The notes under the pieces are model-generated. The model worked only from the letters and a program-made list of their open reading frames with translations, made no database searches and was not told the origin of the DNA. The position numbers were made by a program, and so were the translations under genes. Of a stretch of 64,000 nucleotides of DNA, positions 55,104-63,940 are shown one piece after another (position 1 is the stretch's first letter; each line of letters opens with the position of its first letter). Source of the DNA: a virus; IMG/VR virus record IMGVR_UViG_3300024259_000016, positions 50,060-114,059 of that record, one strand, 5' to 3'.

Positions 55104-56906
55104 ATGCAGCAAAAATACAACGACTACGCAGGTCAGATTGTCACTCAGGGTCACATGGACGACAGGACCGATGCAGTCGAAGATGCCGAACGAGATCTAG
55201 CCTTCGAGGCTGGGCTCTTGCAGGCCAAGGCATCGGCCACACCTGGTGCCGAAATTTTTGGGGGCATCCGCAACGGACTGGTCGTCACCAAAAACTCCAG
55301 TACCAAGGTCGATGTGACTCCCGGCAACTGCCGAGACGATGCCAGGGTTCGTGTCGAGCTTCCCCTCGCGGCCACTGTCTTAATGACCAAAGCAGGCGCC
55401 ACTGATGCGGCAGATTACACCGACGCTATCAGTGCCTCTGGTGTGGACATCCTGACCGCCTGCCCGGTTGGCAGGTACATCGTGGCCTCCCTGTTCCTGG
55501 TCAAGGACGAGGTCCTGTCAGACCTGCAGCAGGATGAGACCCTCGTCTGGGTCTACCATTCAATCCAGGAGAGCTTCCACTTCTCCATCGAGCTGGGGAC
55601 TTCCTTCAATCCGGCAGCCGTCCCTGTGGTCCCGAACAGGGCTTCCCTCTCCGATGGTAAGGTGCTCCTGTCTGACGTCCTGATCTTGAACGTGGCGGGC
55701 AACTTGGTCATCCAGGCATGCTGTGCTTCCTCTGCCGACTGGGACGCCCTCGCCGGCAACTTCATGGACTGGTCCGGCCGGCGAAGCGACTGGTTCGCAG
55801 CCGAGATCGACGACACCAACCTGGACTATCAGATTGAGCAGATTCGTGGAGGTTCAGCCCGTGAGGTCCTCTATGACGTACTGCAGCTGCTGCAGCGGAA
55901 TACAGCTGCCCTGAACTCCGGCGCCAGCACCATCGGCGCGCCGGGCAGAACCGTGTCCTTGTCAGAGCTGCCGGCTGTAGCCACGGTTCTGACCCAAGGC
56001 ACTATTGAAACCCAGTTGGCAGTACTACTCTCCTACGCTGCGAACACCCTGGTCAGGGGGGGGAACAACACCCTCAAACCCTACGGGAGCGTGGATGGGA
56101 TCACTGCAGTCCCAACAATGCTCAATGCTACTAAGGCCATGTATGTAATCCAGGCCCTGCAAGATGCTGGCGCCGCGGATGTCTTCCGGCTCGGGAAGCT
56201 TCGGGGGCACATCAGCCTCCCAGATGTCTTCTATGAGAACTGGCTCAGCACCCCAGCCGCTGCGTCCGGACTACGCTCCGTACCCGACTTCACCCACAAG
56301 ACGTGGCAGACAATTCTCGGGGGGACCGGGGCAGTGTACCTCCGCAACAGCAACGACGGCGCCCCGAACCATCGAGGAATTCTGGAGCTCCAGAATACAG
56401 CTGGAGGGGATTCCGCCCAGGTGTATTCCCATATAGACAAGGGAGGGGTGAGGGTACATGGGGGCTGGACCTTAGGAAGTTCCCCATGGGGGGTCTTCGT
56501 CGTCCGGGTCAGAGTCAGCTCCGTGGCGGCCGGCTTTGAGTTTCAGGTCGGAATGATGACCCAGGGTGGGATTTCCTTTGTCCGCTTTAGGGTGGACCGC
56601 ACCTTATATGGCAATAGCAATTGGCACCTGGATGTGACCGACGGGGCAGCAAACAACATCGCAACGGATACAGGGGAGGCTTGTGCGGCGGACACCTGGT
56701 ACACCCTCCGTTTGGCCATGCTTTCTACTACCCAGATTGCCTACCAAATTAACAACGGATCGGAGGGAGTACATACAGCAGCCAATGCCATGGCCACCAA
56801 TCCTTATGTACTCGAAAGCTACACCACCTCCAACGTCGGTGGCACTTATGGACTCATCCAAGAGATCATGGCCCACAACGGCCTACTTCAGGCCGACAAG
56901 TATTAA
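55104..56906 (+). CDS. Tail fibre / receptor-binding protein candidate
   Basis: Baseplate-anchor-like N-terminus (GQIVTQ..MD...GLVV...VTPG); concanavalin-like C-terminus (DTWYTLRL...YQINN). Confidence 0.7.
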   Translation: MQQKYNDYAGQIVTQGHMDDRTDAVEDAERDLAFEAGLLQAKASATPGAEIFGGIRNGLVVTKNSSTKVDVTPGNCRDDARVRVELPLAATVLMTKAGATDAADYTDAISASGVDILTACPVGRYIVASLFLVKDEVLSDLQQDETLVWVYHSIQESFHFSIELGTSFNPAAVPVVPNRASLSDGKVLLSDVLILNVAGNLVIQACCASSADWDALAGNFMDWSGRRSDWFAAEIDDTNLDYQIEQIRGGSAREVLYDVLQLLQRNTAALNSGASTIGAPGRTVSLSELPAVATVLTQGTIETQLAVLLSYAANTLVRGGNNTLKPYGSVDGITAVPTMLNATKAMYVIQALQDAGAADVFRLGKLRGHISLPDVFYENWLSTPAAASGLRSVPDFTHKTWQTILGGTGAVYLRNSNDGAPNHRGILELQNTAGGDSAQVYSHIDKGGVRVHGGWTLGSSPWGVFVVRVRVSSVAAGFEFQVGMMTQGGISFVRFRVDRTLYGNSNWHLDVTDGAANNIATDTGEACAADTWYTLRLAMLSTTQIAYQINNGSEGVHTAANAMATNPYVLESYTTSNVGGTYGLIQEIMAHNGLLQADKY

Positions 56907-56924
56907 CCCCCGAGGAGGAACACC

Positions 56925-57209
56925 ATGCCACTTTTGAATGGGCGAGTCGAGGTACGGATTAGGAGGCTGACCCGAATTAAGGGGGGCCCAAAGACTGCGA
57001 AGAATCAGGATCGTTATCAGGTGGAGATCGATAACCAGCCAGCACTGGGTTTCAACATCGGGGCGGACCTGCCCTCGGAGCTGCTTCGCAAGGCCAAGGC
57101 AGAGGCAAAGGAGAGGTTCAAGGGAGCCTTTTCTATCTACGCACTGAACCTGACGGCCAGGGACAAGGCTCTGCTCACCTTAGCCCCCATCGAGCCTCGG
57201 GCAGTATAG
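56925..57209 (+). CDS. Small basic hypothetical protein
   Basis: GAGGAGG SD. Confidence 0.65.
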   Translation: MPLLNGRVEVRIRRLTRIKGGPKTAKNQDRYQVEIDNQPALGFNIGADLPSELLRKAKAEAKERFKGAFSIYALNLTARDKALLTLAPIEPRAV

Positions 57210-57222
57210 CCACCCAACCCTT

Positions 57223-57753
57223 ATGGCCTACACCTACCCTACTCTCAAAGGGATCATCCAGCTTGCAGCTGACCTGCTTGCTGATCTTGGCACCAAGGTC
57301 GCACTAGGGAGCACTACTGGTGACCCCGTCCTTATGCCCGCCGCAGCCAAGAAAGGGCGGAGGAGCTGGGCGAGGGGGACCTTATGGTTGTCGGGAACGT
57401 CTCCGCCGGATGTAGTGCTTCAGGAGATCGGTGCCCACCTCGATAAATTCTGGGCCCCCTGGGCAGAGATATCAACCAGCGGAGCTGGTGTCGCCCCGGC
57501 CATCACAACACAAGAAGGGATCGCCTCTGCTACCAAGAGTGAGATTCTAGATATGCTCTACATCAACTTCTCACCAGAGTTCCTGTCGGCCAACTACGTA
57601 GCCCATGCGAGCCTGGGGGTAGTCCCCTCTTGCGCGGCCTACTACAGGTTTTCCAAGTCCCAGCTAGGCGTCCGCTTCTCCGACCCCGGCACCGGCGCCA
57701 TCATCAACATCAATAACCAAACCGTTCTGGTCTCCGCTACGGGAAGAGTCTAG
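57223..57753 (+). CDS. Hypothetical fibre-associated protein
   Basis: End of the tail operon; beta-rich C-terminus. Confidence 0.65.
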   Translation: MAYTYPTLKGIIQLAADLLADLGTKVALGSTTGDPVLMPAAAKKGRRSWARGTLWLSGTSPPDVVLQEIGAHLDKFWAPWAEISTSGAGVAPAITTQEGIASATKSEILDMLYINFSPEFLSANYVAHASLGVVPSCAAYYRFSKSQLGVRFSDPGTGAIININNQTVLVSATGRV

Positions 57754-58362
57754 CTTCGTCCCGACAACCATAGCGATAGGGGCAGCCTCCTTGGGCTTGT
57801 AGCCCTTAATGTGCCACCCCAGGTCGAACTGTGCTTGCCCTTTGCCAGGGTCTACTCCGAGAACCTGGATGGGAGCCATCAGGACTCGACGGAAATCAAG
57901 GACCACCACAACCTCATGCGGCATACCCCGCACACCAATCCGTGCATTGAACGGGAGGCTGTCGCTCAGCCCTTGGCTCAACAGCTGTGGCAGTAGAGGG
58001 GGACTGGTATACAGGGCAAGGTCTGGAGATAGCTGGGCGTAGAGGGCCAGTCGCCTCCATAGGACGTTCGCCCAGCTGGTGCCGGAACGAAGACCGAGAG
58101 GGACCTCGTGGCGACAGACAGCAGCATCGCACCCGTCGATCAGCAAGTCAAGCTGCGCACGCCTCAGAGACTCATCGAGAGAATCTTCGAGGGGGAGAGT
58201 AACTTGCCTGCGGCAAAGGACATCCGAGGGCTTATGGATCTCCTTGCATTCGAAGGGGAGTAGGTCCTGGGCCTGTGCGACCTCTCGCTTGATCAACTCC
58301 CGCTCTTCGGGGAATTCCTTCAAGGCATTAGGCAACTGACCTGGTTTCTTGGGCTTGGGCAT
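57664..58362 (-). CDS. Hypothetical protein
   Basis: GAGGA SD; 3' end overlaps the convergent gene by 90 bp. Confidence 0.6.
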   Translation of the reverse strand: MPKPKKPGQLPNALKEFPEERELIKREVAQAQDLLPFECKEIHKPSDVLCRRQVTLPLEDSLDESLRRAQLDLLIDGCDAAVCRHEVPLGLRSGTSWANVLWRRLALYAQLSPDLALYTSPPLLPQLLSQGLSDSLPFNARIGVRGMPHEVVVVLDFRRVLMAPIQVLGVDPGKGQAQFDLGWHIKGYKPKEAAPIAMVVGTKLDSSRSGDQNGLVIDVDDGAGAGVGEADA

Positions 58363-58381
58363 GTGATATCCTCAGCGAATT

Positions 58382-58624
58382 ATGCAGCTAACGAAAGGGA
58401 AAAAGAGGATTCTGCTCGAGGCCTTGGATGCACCTGAGACCGGACTGAGCATCGATACCCCCGGGACCGCGGTGTCCTGCAAGTCGATGCAGGCCGCTGG
58501 ATGGGGAACCTACAAACCAGTGTATCTGAAGGGATCAACGCGGTCAGCGGGGGGTGTCTTCGTTCTGTCTCCCGAGGGCCGGCGTGTAGCTCTGGGCCTA
58601 CGGACCAAGGCTCGGGGCAGGTAG
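58382..58624 (+). CDS. Small hypothetical protein, possible winged helix
   Basis: MQLTKGKKRIL...FVLSPEGR pattern; fills the gap between minus-strand genes. Confidence 0.5.
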   Translation: MQLTKGKKRILLEALDAPETGLSIDTPGTAVSCKSMQAAGWGTYKPVYLKGSTRSAGGVFVLSPEGRRVALGLRTKARGR

Positions 58625-58630
58625 GGAGCA

Positions 58631-59068
58631 TCAGGGGCCGTCGACAGCCTGTGCCAGCTCTCCGAGGCGCCCCCAGAGCCAGCGGGCGTACCGGCCCACC
58701 AAAGAGGTCAGGGGCTCTTCTAGAGGCTCCTGATGGTCCACCAAGAGCTCCTCCGGGTACCGCAAGGTCTTACAGATTTGGGGGCCGTTCCGATTCCCTA
58801 TCAAGGACATCAGAACTTTCTGAGGATCCACCCCGGCCGAGAGGGCCAAATTAGCCATCGCTAACACAGTTTGACATCCATGCAGAGGGCTGTGGTTCCC
58901 GATGTGGCCGCGGGCGTTGAGCATCTCGCTGCGACACATCAGAGTCTTCGGTCGCCCCCCTCCTGGATCCGGCTCGATGATCACGTAGATGCGCCAGATG
59001 CGTTGGTCCTCATCCGTTATTGTGAAGGAGCCAAAGGGTGACTGAGTCGTCTGGGGTGGCTGAGGCAT
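58631..59068 (-). CDS. Stand-alone TSCPD-like domain (class II ribonucleotide reductase C-terminal domain)
   Basis: IYVII...P; ANLALSAGVDPQKVLMSLIG...GP; TSLVG in place of TSCPD. Confidence 0.6.
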   Translation of the reverse strand: MPQPPQTTQSPFGSFTITDEDQRIWRIYVIIEPDPGGGRPKTLMCRSEMLNARGHIGNHSPLHGCQTVLAMANLALSAGVDPQKVLMSLIGNRNGPQICKTLRYPEELLVDHQEPLEEPLTSLVGRYARWLWGRLGELAQAVDGP

Positions 59069-59108
59069 AGGGGGTAATTGTGGCCTTGGAGGCGTAGGTT
59101 AGTCCAGC

Positions 59109-59372
59109 CTACTTACCTCTTCGAAGGCCTGTTAGTCGTATCACCAGGCGATCATAGTATTTTTGGAAGCGCAAAGGGACTTGTTCGCGAATGGCGCCAG
59201 GGATGTTGTCGACTGTCACCTCCAGGTGTGTGTTTTTGGTCCGGCCGGGATGACCTGTGGTAGACGTCTCCATCTCTAAATGGAATTTGCCGTGAACGAG
59301 GATCTCCAGTCGCTGCATTGGGGTTAGGGAGATATCCAGGTCGGTGAAGATGCAGTCTTTGTATGTGGGCAT
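59109..59372 (-). CDS. Hypothetical protein
   Basis: GGAGG SD before MPTYKDC. Confidence 0.6.
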   Translation of the reverse strand: MPTYKDCIFTDLDISLTPMQRLEILVHGKFHLEMETSTTGHPGRTKNTHLEVTVDNIPGAIREQVPLRFQKYYDRLVIRLTGLRRGK

Positions 59373-59374
59373 GG

Positions 59375-59629
59375 TTATTCCGCCTCCTGTGCCTTCAAGA
59401 CTCTTTTTCCTTTGGCAGTGATGTACCAAAGCAGGGCACCTCGGGTCTCCCCCTTTTTTACTGTCTTTCGGGACCTAACTAAACCCTTGCCTCGGAGGCG
59501 GCGGAGGCGGCCAGCGACAGTGTTGTGTTGGGTTGGCCACAAGGCGGAAGAGATACAGTCCGTGGTGAGGCCGGAACGATAAGACCCGAATGCCTTGAGT
59601 GTTCTAATCTGGGGGGCTTTGAGGATCAT
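59375..59629 (-). CDS. Winged-helix DNA-binding protein
   Basis: IS..L......V..RLRRLRGKGLV...WYITAKG. Confidence 0.7.
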   Translation of the reverse strand: MILKAPQIRTLKAFGSYRSGLTTDCISSALWPTQHNTVAGRLRRLRGKGLVRSRKTVKKGETRGALLWYITAKGKRVLKAQEAE

Positions 59630-61863
59630 TTACAGTCCTTGATATTGGATGCGATCGAGGGTTCCATGGTGAGGTAGATGGGGCCGAAGTCAGACTGCAT
59701 CTCGACCTTGCCGAGGTGTTTCTTGTAGATGGCAGCAGCTTCCTCAGCGTGATTGTTGCGGACCAGAGAGGCCCCCTGGTCGTGCAGGTGCAGGAGCATG
59801 CCGAACTCGTGGGGGAACTTCTTCGTCCCCTCCTCCATGATACGCCAGAGCCGGGAGTTGAACTGGTCGCCGCATTCGGTCTGGGTGTCCCAGTTTGCCA
59901 GTTCGGTGGCAGGGAGGGGACGCAAGGGGCAGTAGCGACGACGGCGGAAGGGTTTAATCTCCATGTAGCCATCCCGCTCTACCTTCTTCAGGTTCTCCTC
60001 GTGGTAAACGTAGACCTCGGACAGGGCGCCGTGGAACAGGCGGGTGTGAACCTCCTTGACCATGTCGAGGGTGAGCATGCGCCGGGTCTCCATGTCCACC
60101 CACTTGGAGTTGCGGGCGGTGGACTGAATCTTGAAGGGCCCCCCGAGGTACATGCCATTGAAGAACACGTTCTTCTCAACCTTACGCAGGCGCCCGCGGT
60201 AGACGTTGTCCCAGCGTTCCCAGTTGTCTGGACCGAACACCTGCACGGCGCAGTAGGTGTGGGGGTCCACCTTGTCAGCAAAGTAGGAGCCCGGCTCGAT
60301 TTTCCCCTGAAGTACCTCGATGAGGCGGCGGCAACCAGACCGGGCGGCCAGGCGTCGGAGCTCCTGTTGGTCCACGTCCCCACCCACCATGCACCAGCCC
60401 TCAGGGGCCTCGAAGATGTCGCGGTCGATGGCCCTCATGTTCTGCAAGTTCGGCGACGAGGTGAACCTGATTCCCTTCTGGTCGTAGGACTTCCACTTGG
60501 TGTGCATGTAGCCGCCGGTGATCGCCGCGGCGTAGCTCCCGCACTTCTTGTTCTTGATGATGTCCAGGAGCCCTTCCTCGAGGTCAGTCTCCGTGAACTC
60601 CACCTCGTCCATCACGTTGCCCTGCTTGTCCAGGATGGAGAAGACATCACAGTCGATCAGACTCCCGCCGGCCTCTTTGATCTTGGCACGTTCCTCGTCG
60701 GGGGTGTCTTGGTAGATGGTGGCATAGGCAGTGGACTCTTCAATGAGGGTGACGAGCAAGGACACGAAGGGGTGCTCGATGTGGTCGATGATGGCCTTAT
60801 AGGAGGTGGAGGGTTCACCCAGTTCCTTGGTTGTCTCCGTCGGGACCAGTCCCAGGTTGTAAGGGGCCTGGGCGTACTTGGCGCCAAAGAGAGCCTCGGC
60901 CTTGTGGGCCGTGGACCTGTGGTTGAAGTCCGGCCAGCTGAGCCAGTCGCGAATTCTCTTACGGATGGCCATCATCTGCTTGAGACGGTCGACTGCTCTG
61001 GCCCGACGCTTCGCCATGTTGACCGGGATGCCCCAGTTCTGCATGTTGGCTGCCAGCTCAGCGTATCGGGATTGCCACTGAATCAACTCCTGGGACATGC
61101 CGAGCTGCTGGATATGGGCACTGATCTCTGGTACCAGCTGGATGGTATAAAGAGCATCCTTGGCGTTGTAGATGAGGAGCTTCCAGGGATTCTTTATCTT
61201 GACGCCGTAGCCCTCGTTGGTCTTGTACTCCATCTTCCAGGCGCCCACCTGCAAGTAGGAGTGCCCGACGTAGCCGAGGTCGTGGTAGATGTCCGGCTGG
61301 ACCAGATGGTGCAGGCCGATGGTGTCTCGGATCTCCCCTCGGACAGGCAGCCCCTTGCGTTCACAGACCGCGATGTCGTAGGGAGCGTTGTGGAAGACCT
61401 TGACGATCTCCGGGTCTGCCAGGATCTGCATGGTCAGCCCAACCAGGCACTGCTCCCAGGCCTCGGGCAGGAGCGACAGGTCCATTAGCGGGAAGGCGAC
61501 CGCCACGTTGTTGGGGGCCGCCTCAGCTATGGAGATCGAGTGGAGCCGGCACTTGGCGTAATCAAGGGAGGTGGACTCCACATCGATGGCCAGGGCCGGC
61601 TTGGCGATGAGCCAGTACTCGAGCCACCGTTTGGCATGCTCGAAGTACTCCACCGCGTTGACAGGCCCCCGCGGCAGCACACAGATTAGGGTCTCCTCGT
61701 GGGTGATTCCCCCCCGAGAAATCTGGTGGGCCTTCTCGAAGTCCTGGGCAACCACCCCGGTGATCGGCTTGATCCCCTTGGTGTCCAGGCCCCGCTTGCC
61801 CCTTCCCTTCTTCGCTTGGTGGAAGATGGAGGCAAGGTGGTTCGTTGGAATCACATGGGCCAC
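59626..61863 (-). CDS. polA: Family A DNA polymerase with 3'-5' exonuclease and N-terminal UDG C-terminal fragment
   Basis: Exo I DVES, Exo II HNAPYD, Exo III YNAKD; PNLQN; motif A DVDQQELR, motif B RKVEKNVFFNGMY, motif C HLHDQ. Confidence 0.93.
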   Translation of the reverse strand: MAHVIPTNHLASIFHQAKKGRGKRGLDTKGIKPITGVVAQDFEKAHQISRGGITHEETLICVLPRGPVNAVEYFEHAKRWLEYWLIAKPALAIDVESTSLDYAKCRLHSISIAEAAPNNVAVAFPLMDLSLLPEAWEQCLVGLTMQILADPEIVKVFHNAPYDIAVCERKGLPVRGEIRDTIGLHHLVQPDIYHDLGYVGHSYLQVGAWKMEYKTNEGYGVKIKNPWKLLIYNAKDALYTIQLVPEISAHIQQLGMSQELIQWQSRYAELAANMQNWGIPVNMAKRRARAVDRLKQMMAIRKRIRDWLSWPDFNHRSTAHKAEALFGAKYAQAPYNLGLVPTETTKELGEPSTSYKAIIDHIEHPFVSLLVTLIEESTAYATIYQDTPDEERAKIKEAGGSLIDCDVFSILDKQGNVMDEVEFTETDLEEGLLDIIKNKKCGSYAAAITGGYMHTKWKSYDQKGIRFTSSPNLQNMRAIDRDIFEAPEGWCMVGGDVDQQELRRLAARSGCRRLIEVLQGKIEPGSYFADKVDPHTYCAVQVFGPDNWERWDNVYRGRLRKVEKNVFFNGMYLGGPFKIQSTARNSKWVDMETRRMLTLDMVKEVHTRLFHGALSEVYVYHEENLKKVERDGYMEIKPFRRRRYCPLRPLPATELANWDTQTECGDQFNSRLWRIMEEGTKKFPHEFGMLLHLHDQGASLVRNNHAEEAAAIYKKHLGKVEMQSDFGPIYLTMEPSIASNIKDCK

Positions 61864-62102
61864 TATGGTTCTTTCCTCGGGACATTGGCTTTGTTGGGGG
61901 TGGAGGCGAACCGGGTGCCCTTCTGGTTATACGGTTTCCAGGCGGGGCACTCAGGGGCTAACGCTTCGAGTTCATCAGCCCTATAGGCTGCTATGAGCAG
62001 ACCTTTAGCTAACTGACGGGCATCCTCTGCATCGATGACTTCCATCGATCCAGCATTGTAGTGGGAGGGATGGTCGACGGTTTCTTTACTCATGGTCTCC
62101 AT
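61863..62102 (-). CDS. Chimeric protein with truncated DUF3310-like N-terminus
   Basis: VDHPSHYNAGSMEVIDA then unrelated sequence. Confidence 0.6.
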   Translation of the reverse strand: METMSKETVDHPSHYNAGSMEVIDAEDARQLAKGLLIAAYRADELEALAPECPAWKPYNQKGTRFASTPNKANVPRKEP

Positions 62103-62455
62103 GGTCTCCCGTTCTCGTCGGTGAGGGTGGCACCCTCAAAGGTAGACATTTCCCAACCTGAGAAGTCCTTCCCCTCGGTCTGCCCGAGTCGCTCAAGCCC
62201 TTTCCATACGTACAGGTGGTAGGCAAGACATTGCTCCTCGCTGACCACGATCTTGTCGGGCTTGCCCTGGCGCTCCCAGGCCTCCCTGATATCCCACTCA
62301 GGCAGTCGGTCGATGAACGTCAAAGCCTTGGAGTAGGAGGTGAACTTTCGCTGCTCATGACCCTCGGCGAGGATAGCCCCATGGGGTGTCCTCTGGTACA
62401 GACGCCAGCGACGATCCCTATCCTGCTGAGTGAAGATGTATCCCACGTCAGGCAT
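62090..62455 (-). CDS. Hypothetical protein
   Basis: Overlap coupling on both sides. Confidence 0.65.
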   Translation of the reverse strand: MPDVGYIFTQQDRDRRWRLYQRTPHGAILAEGHEQRKFTSYSKALTFIDRLPEWDIREAWERQGKPDKIVVSEEQCLAYHLYVWKGLERLGQTEGKDFSGWEMSTFEGATLTDENGRPWRP

Positions 62456-62975
62456 TGTTTTGCTCAATCCGAGTTGAGGTTTGGAGGAGCCTGTCGTACC
62501 AACCATCCCGTTGCATATTGACGACAGGGATGTTGTGGGCACTGGCAATCCTTATAGCCTGCCCGGTGCCCCCTGTTCTGCGGGATGTCTGGTGTCCCCG
62601 CTCTGCCCCGTCCGGAGTCCAGCAGACGACCAGGTGGGTTGGACTCTTGAGGTTCAACCCGAGGATCTGATAGCCGTTACGGGCATGGAGCTTCTGAGCT
62701 TGCAGAGGACAGGCCCCCCAAGCTGGGTGATGGTGAGCAGCGAGTCGTAGGGCATATGCACGCTGGTCCTGTGATGCCCCCTCAAAGGAGTTCGTTGTAT
62801 AGATGATCTTGTGGTTATCAGCCCCATCAGCAAAGGCTGTGTCAGCCCCTTTGGCCCCTCCGGATCTAAGCCACCACCCCCGGCCCAGTAGGTATTGTGC
62901 CCACTGCCTCATCTGAGCCAGGAACTCTGGGGGGGTCCTCCTTGAACCTATACCTGTATACATAAGGTTTCCCAT
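62448..62975 (-). CDS. SLOG-superfamily (DprA/Smf-like) protein
   Basis: YTGIGSR, LRSGGAKGAD, ARN, GGTGQAIRIA...IPVVN. Confidence 0.85.
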   Translation of the reverse strand: MGNLMYTGIGSRRTPPEFLAQMRQWAQYLLGRGWWLRSGGAKGADTAFADGADNHKIIYTTNSFEGASQDQRAYALRLAAHHHPAWGACPLQAQKLHARNGYQILGLNLKSPTHLVVCWTPDGAERGHQTSRRTGGTGQAIRIASAHNIPVVNMQRDGWYDRLLQTSTRIEQNNA

Positions 62976-63039
62976 CCGGCTATTCCTCAGATTTTTTAAG
63001 TAGGTGGATCATCATGTCCATGGCTTCCGATGGGGTAGA

Positions 63040-63570
63040 TCATCGGTGGCACTCCTTCCAGAGTTCTTGGAGGTCGATGGGATTGACGCTGCCGCGGTAG
63101 TCCCTGATGGATCCTTTGATGCCGGTCAAGGCTTTCATGGAGTGCTTGCCTACAGCAACGATGACGGTGTCCGGGTGGTCCTCACTGACGGCGAGGAGTT
63201 CTCCGATGAGGCGCTTACGGCAGTGGTCCATTGCGAGCTTGTGCACCAGGTCGGAGGACAGGGTAGGGCCGCCGCCGGGTGGCTTGATGGGGCGCTTTCT
63301 GCACAACGTTGTGTTGGTTACCCAACAGTCCATCCGGGAGAAACCAGGGTCGCCGTTTTCGGTCAGGTACCACTGGGCTCTACCGGTTGGGCCGATGAAG
63401 AACTTCCGTTCTCTCTTGGGATTGTTCCCTTCCTCCTCAAATCCAGGCCCCTCTCCTACAAGGATAAGTCGGGAGGGGACTTTGCCGTCGGGATAGACCA
63501 TGACGGACTTCCCATCATTGAGGGGGCATCCCTGGCAATCCGGCTGGGTTATGAGGCCGTGGTAGTACAT
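63040..63570 (-). CDS. Family-4-like uracil-DNA glycosylase domain, C-terminally incomplete
   Basis: CQGC, VGEGPG, FIGPTG, VTNTTLC, C..RL..E, IVAVG, RG; no terminal HP motif. Confidence 0.85.
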   Translation of the reverse strand: MYYHGLITQPDCQGCPLNDGKSVMVYPDGKVPSRLILVGEGPGFEEEGNNPKRERKFFIGPTGRAQWYLTENGDPGFSRMDCWVTNTTLCRKRPIKPPGGGPTLSSDLVHKLAMDHCRKRLIGELLAVSEDHPDTVIVAVGKHSMKALTGIKGSIRDYRGSVNPIDLQELWKECHR

Positions 63571-63574
63571 TCCA

Positions 63575-63856
63575 TCAGCTCCTGAATTCTATGTTCTTGT
63601 AGCCAACTTCATCAGGGTCAGATACTGCATACCAGAGTCCATCTCTCTGTATCGCCTCGACATGCCATTGCTCAGGGAAAGGTCCATAGTTGAACTCCAG
63701 GACCTGCTGGACAACAACTTTATTTCCGGATGTATCCTTATAGAATTCTGCAGCCCTGACCCGATATATTTCCCCGACGGAGGCGCTCCAACCCCAGCTT
63801 GGCCTGTCAATTCCTTCAGCTGTCTCTAGATTAGGTTGGGTCAGATCGATGGACAT
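63575..63856 (-). CDS. Hypothetical protein
   Basis: AAGGAG SD. Confidence 0.7.
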   Translation of the reverse strand: MSIDLTQPNLETAEGIDRPSWGWSASVGEIYRVRAAEFYKDTSGNKVVVQQVLEFNYGPFPEQWHVEAIQRDGLWYAVSDPDEVGYKNIEFRS

Positions 63857-63871
63857 GATGCTCCTTATGTT

Positions 63872-63906
63872 GAAAGACCCCGGGGGGCATTGTGGACCCC
63901 CCGGGG
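63872..63906 (-). terminator. Probable terminator hairpin
   Basis: Perfect 10-bp inverted repeat 63878-63887/63897-63906 followed by TCTTTC on the minus strand. Confidence 0.6.
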
Positions 63907-63940
63907 AGAGGACCGCTTTACCGGCTAAACCGTCTGGCTG

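Noticed and set aside
59716-61488. 590-aa plus-strand ORF
   Set aside because: Antisense shadow of the polymerase gene
61864-63039. Self-splicing intron or intein between the UDG and polymerase halves
   Set aside because: Interval is filled by three coupled ORFs with no homing endonuclease or reverse transcriptase; no intein terminal motifs; polymerase has its own start
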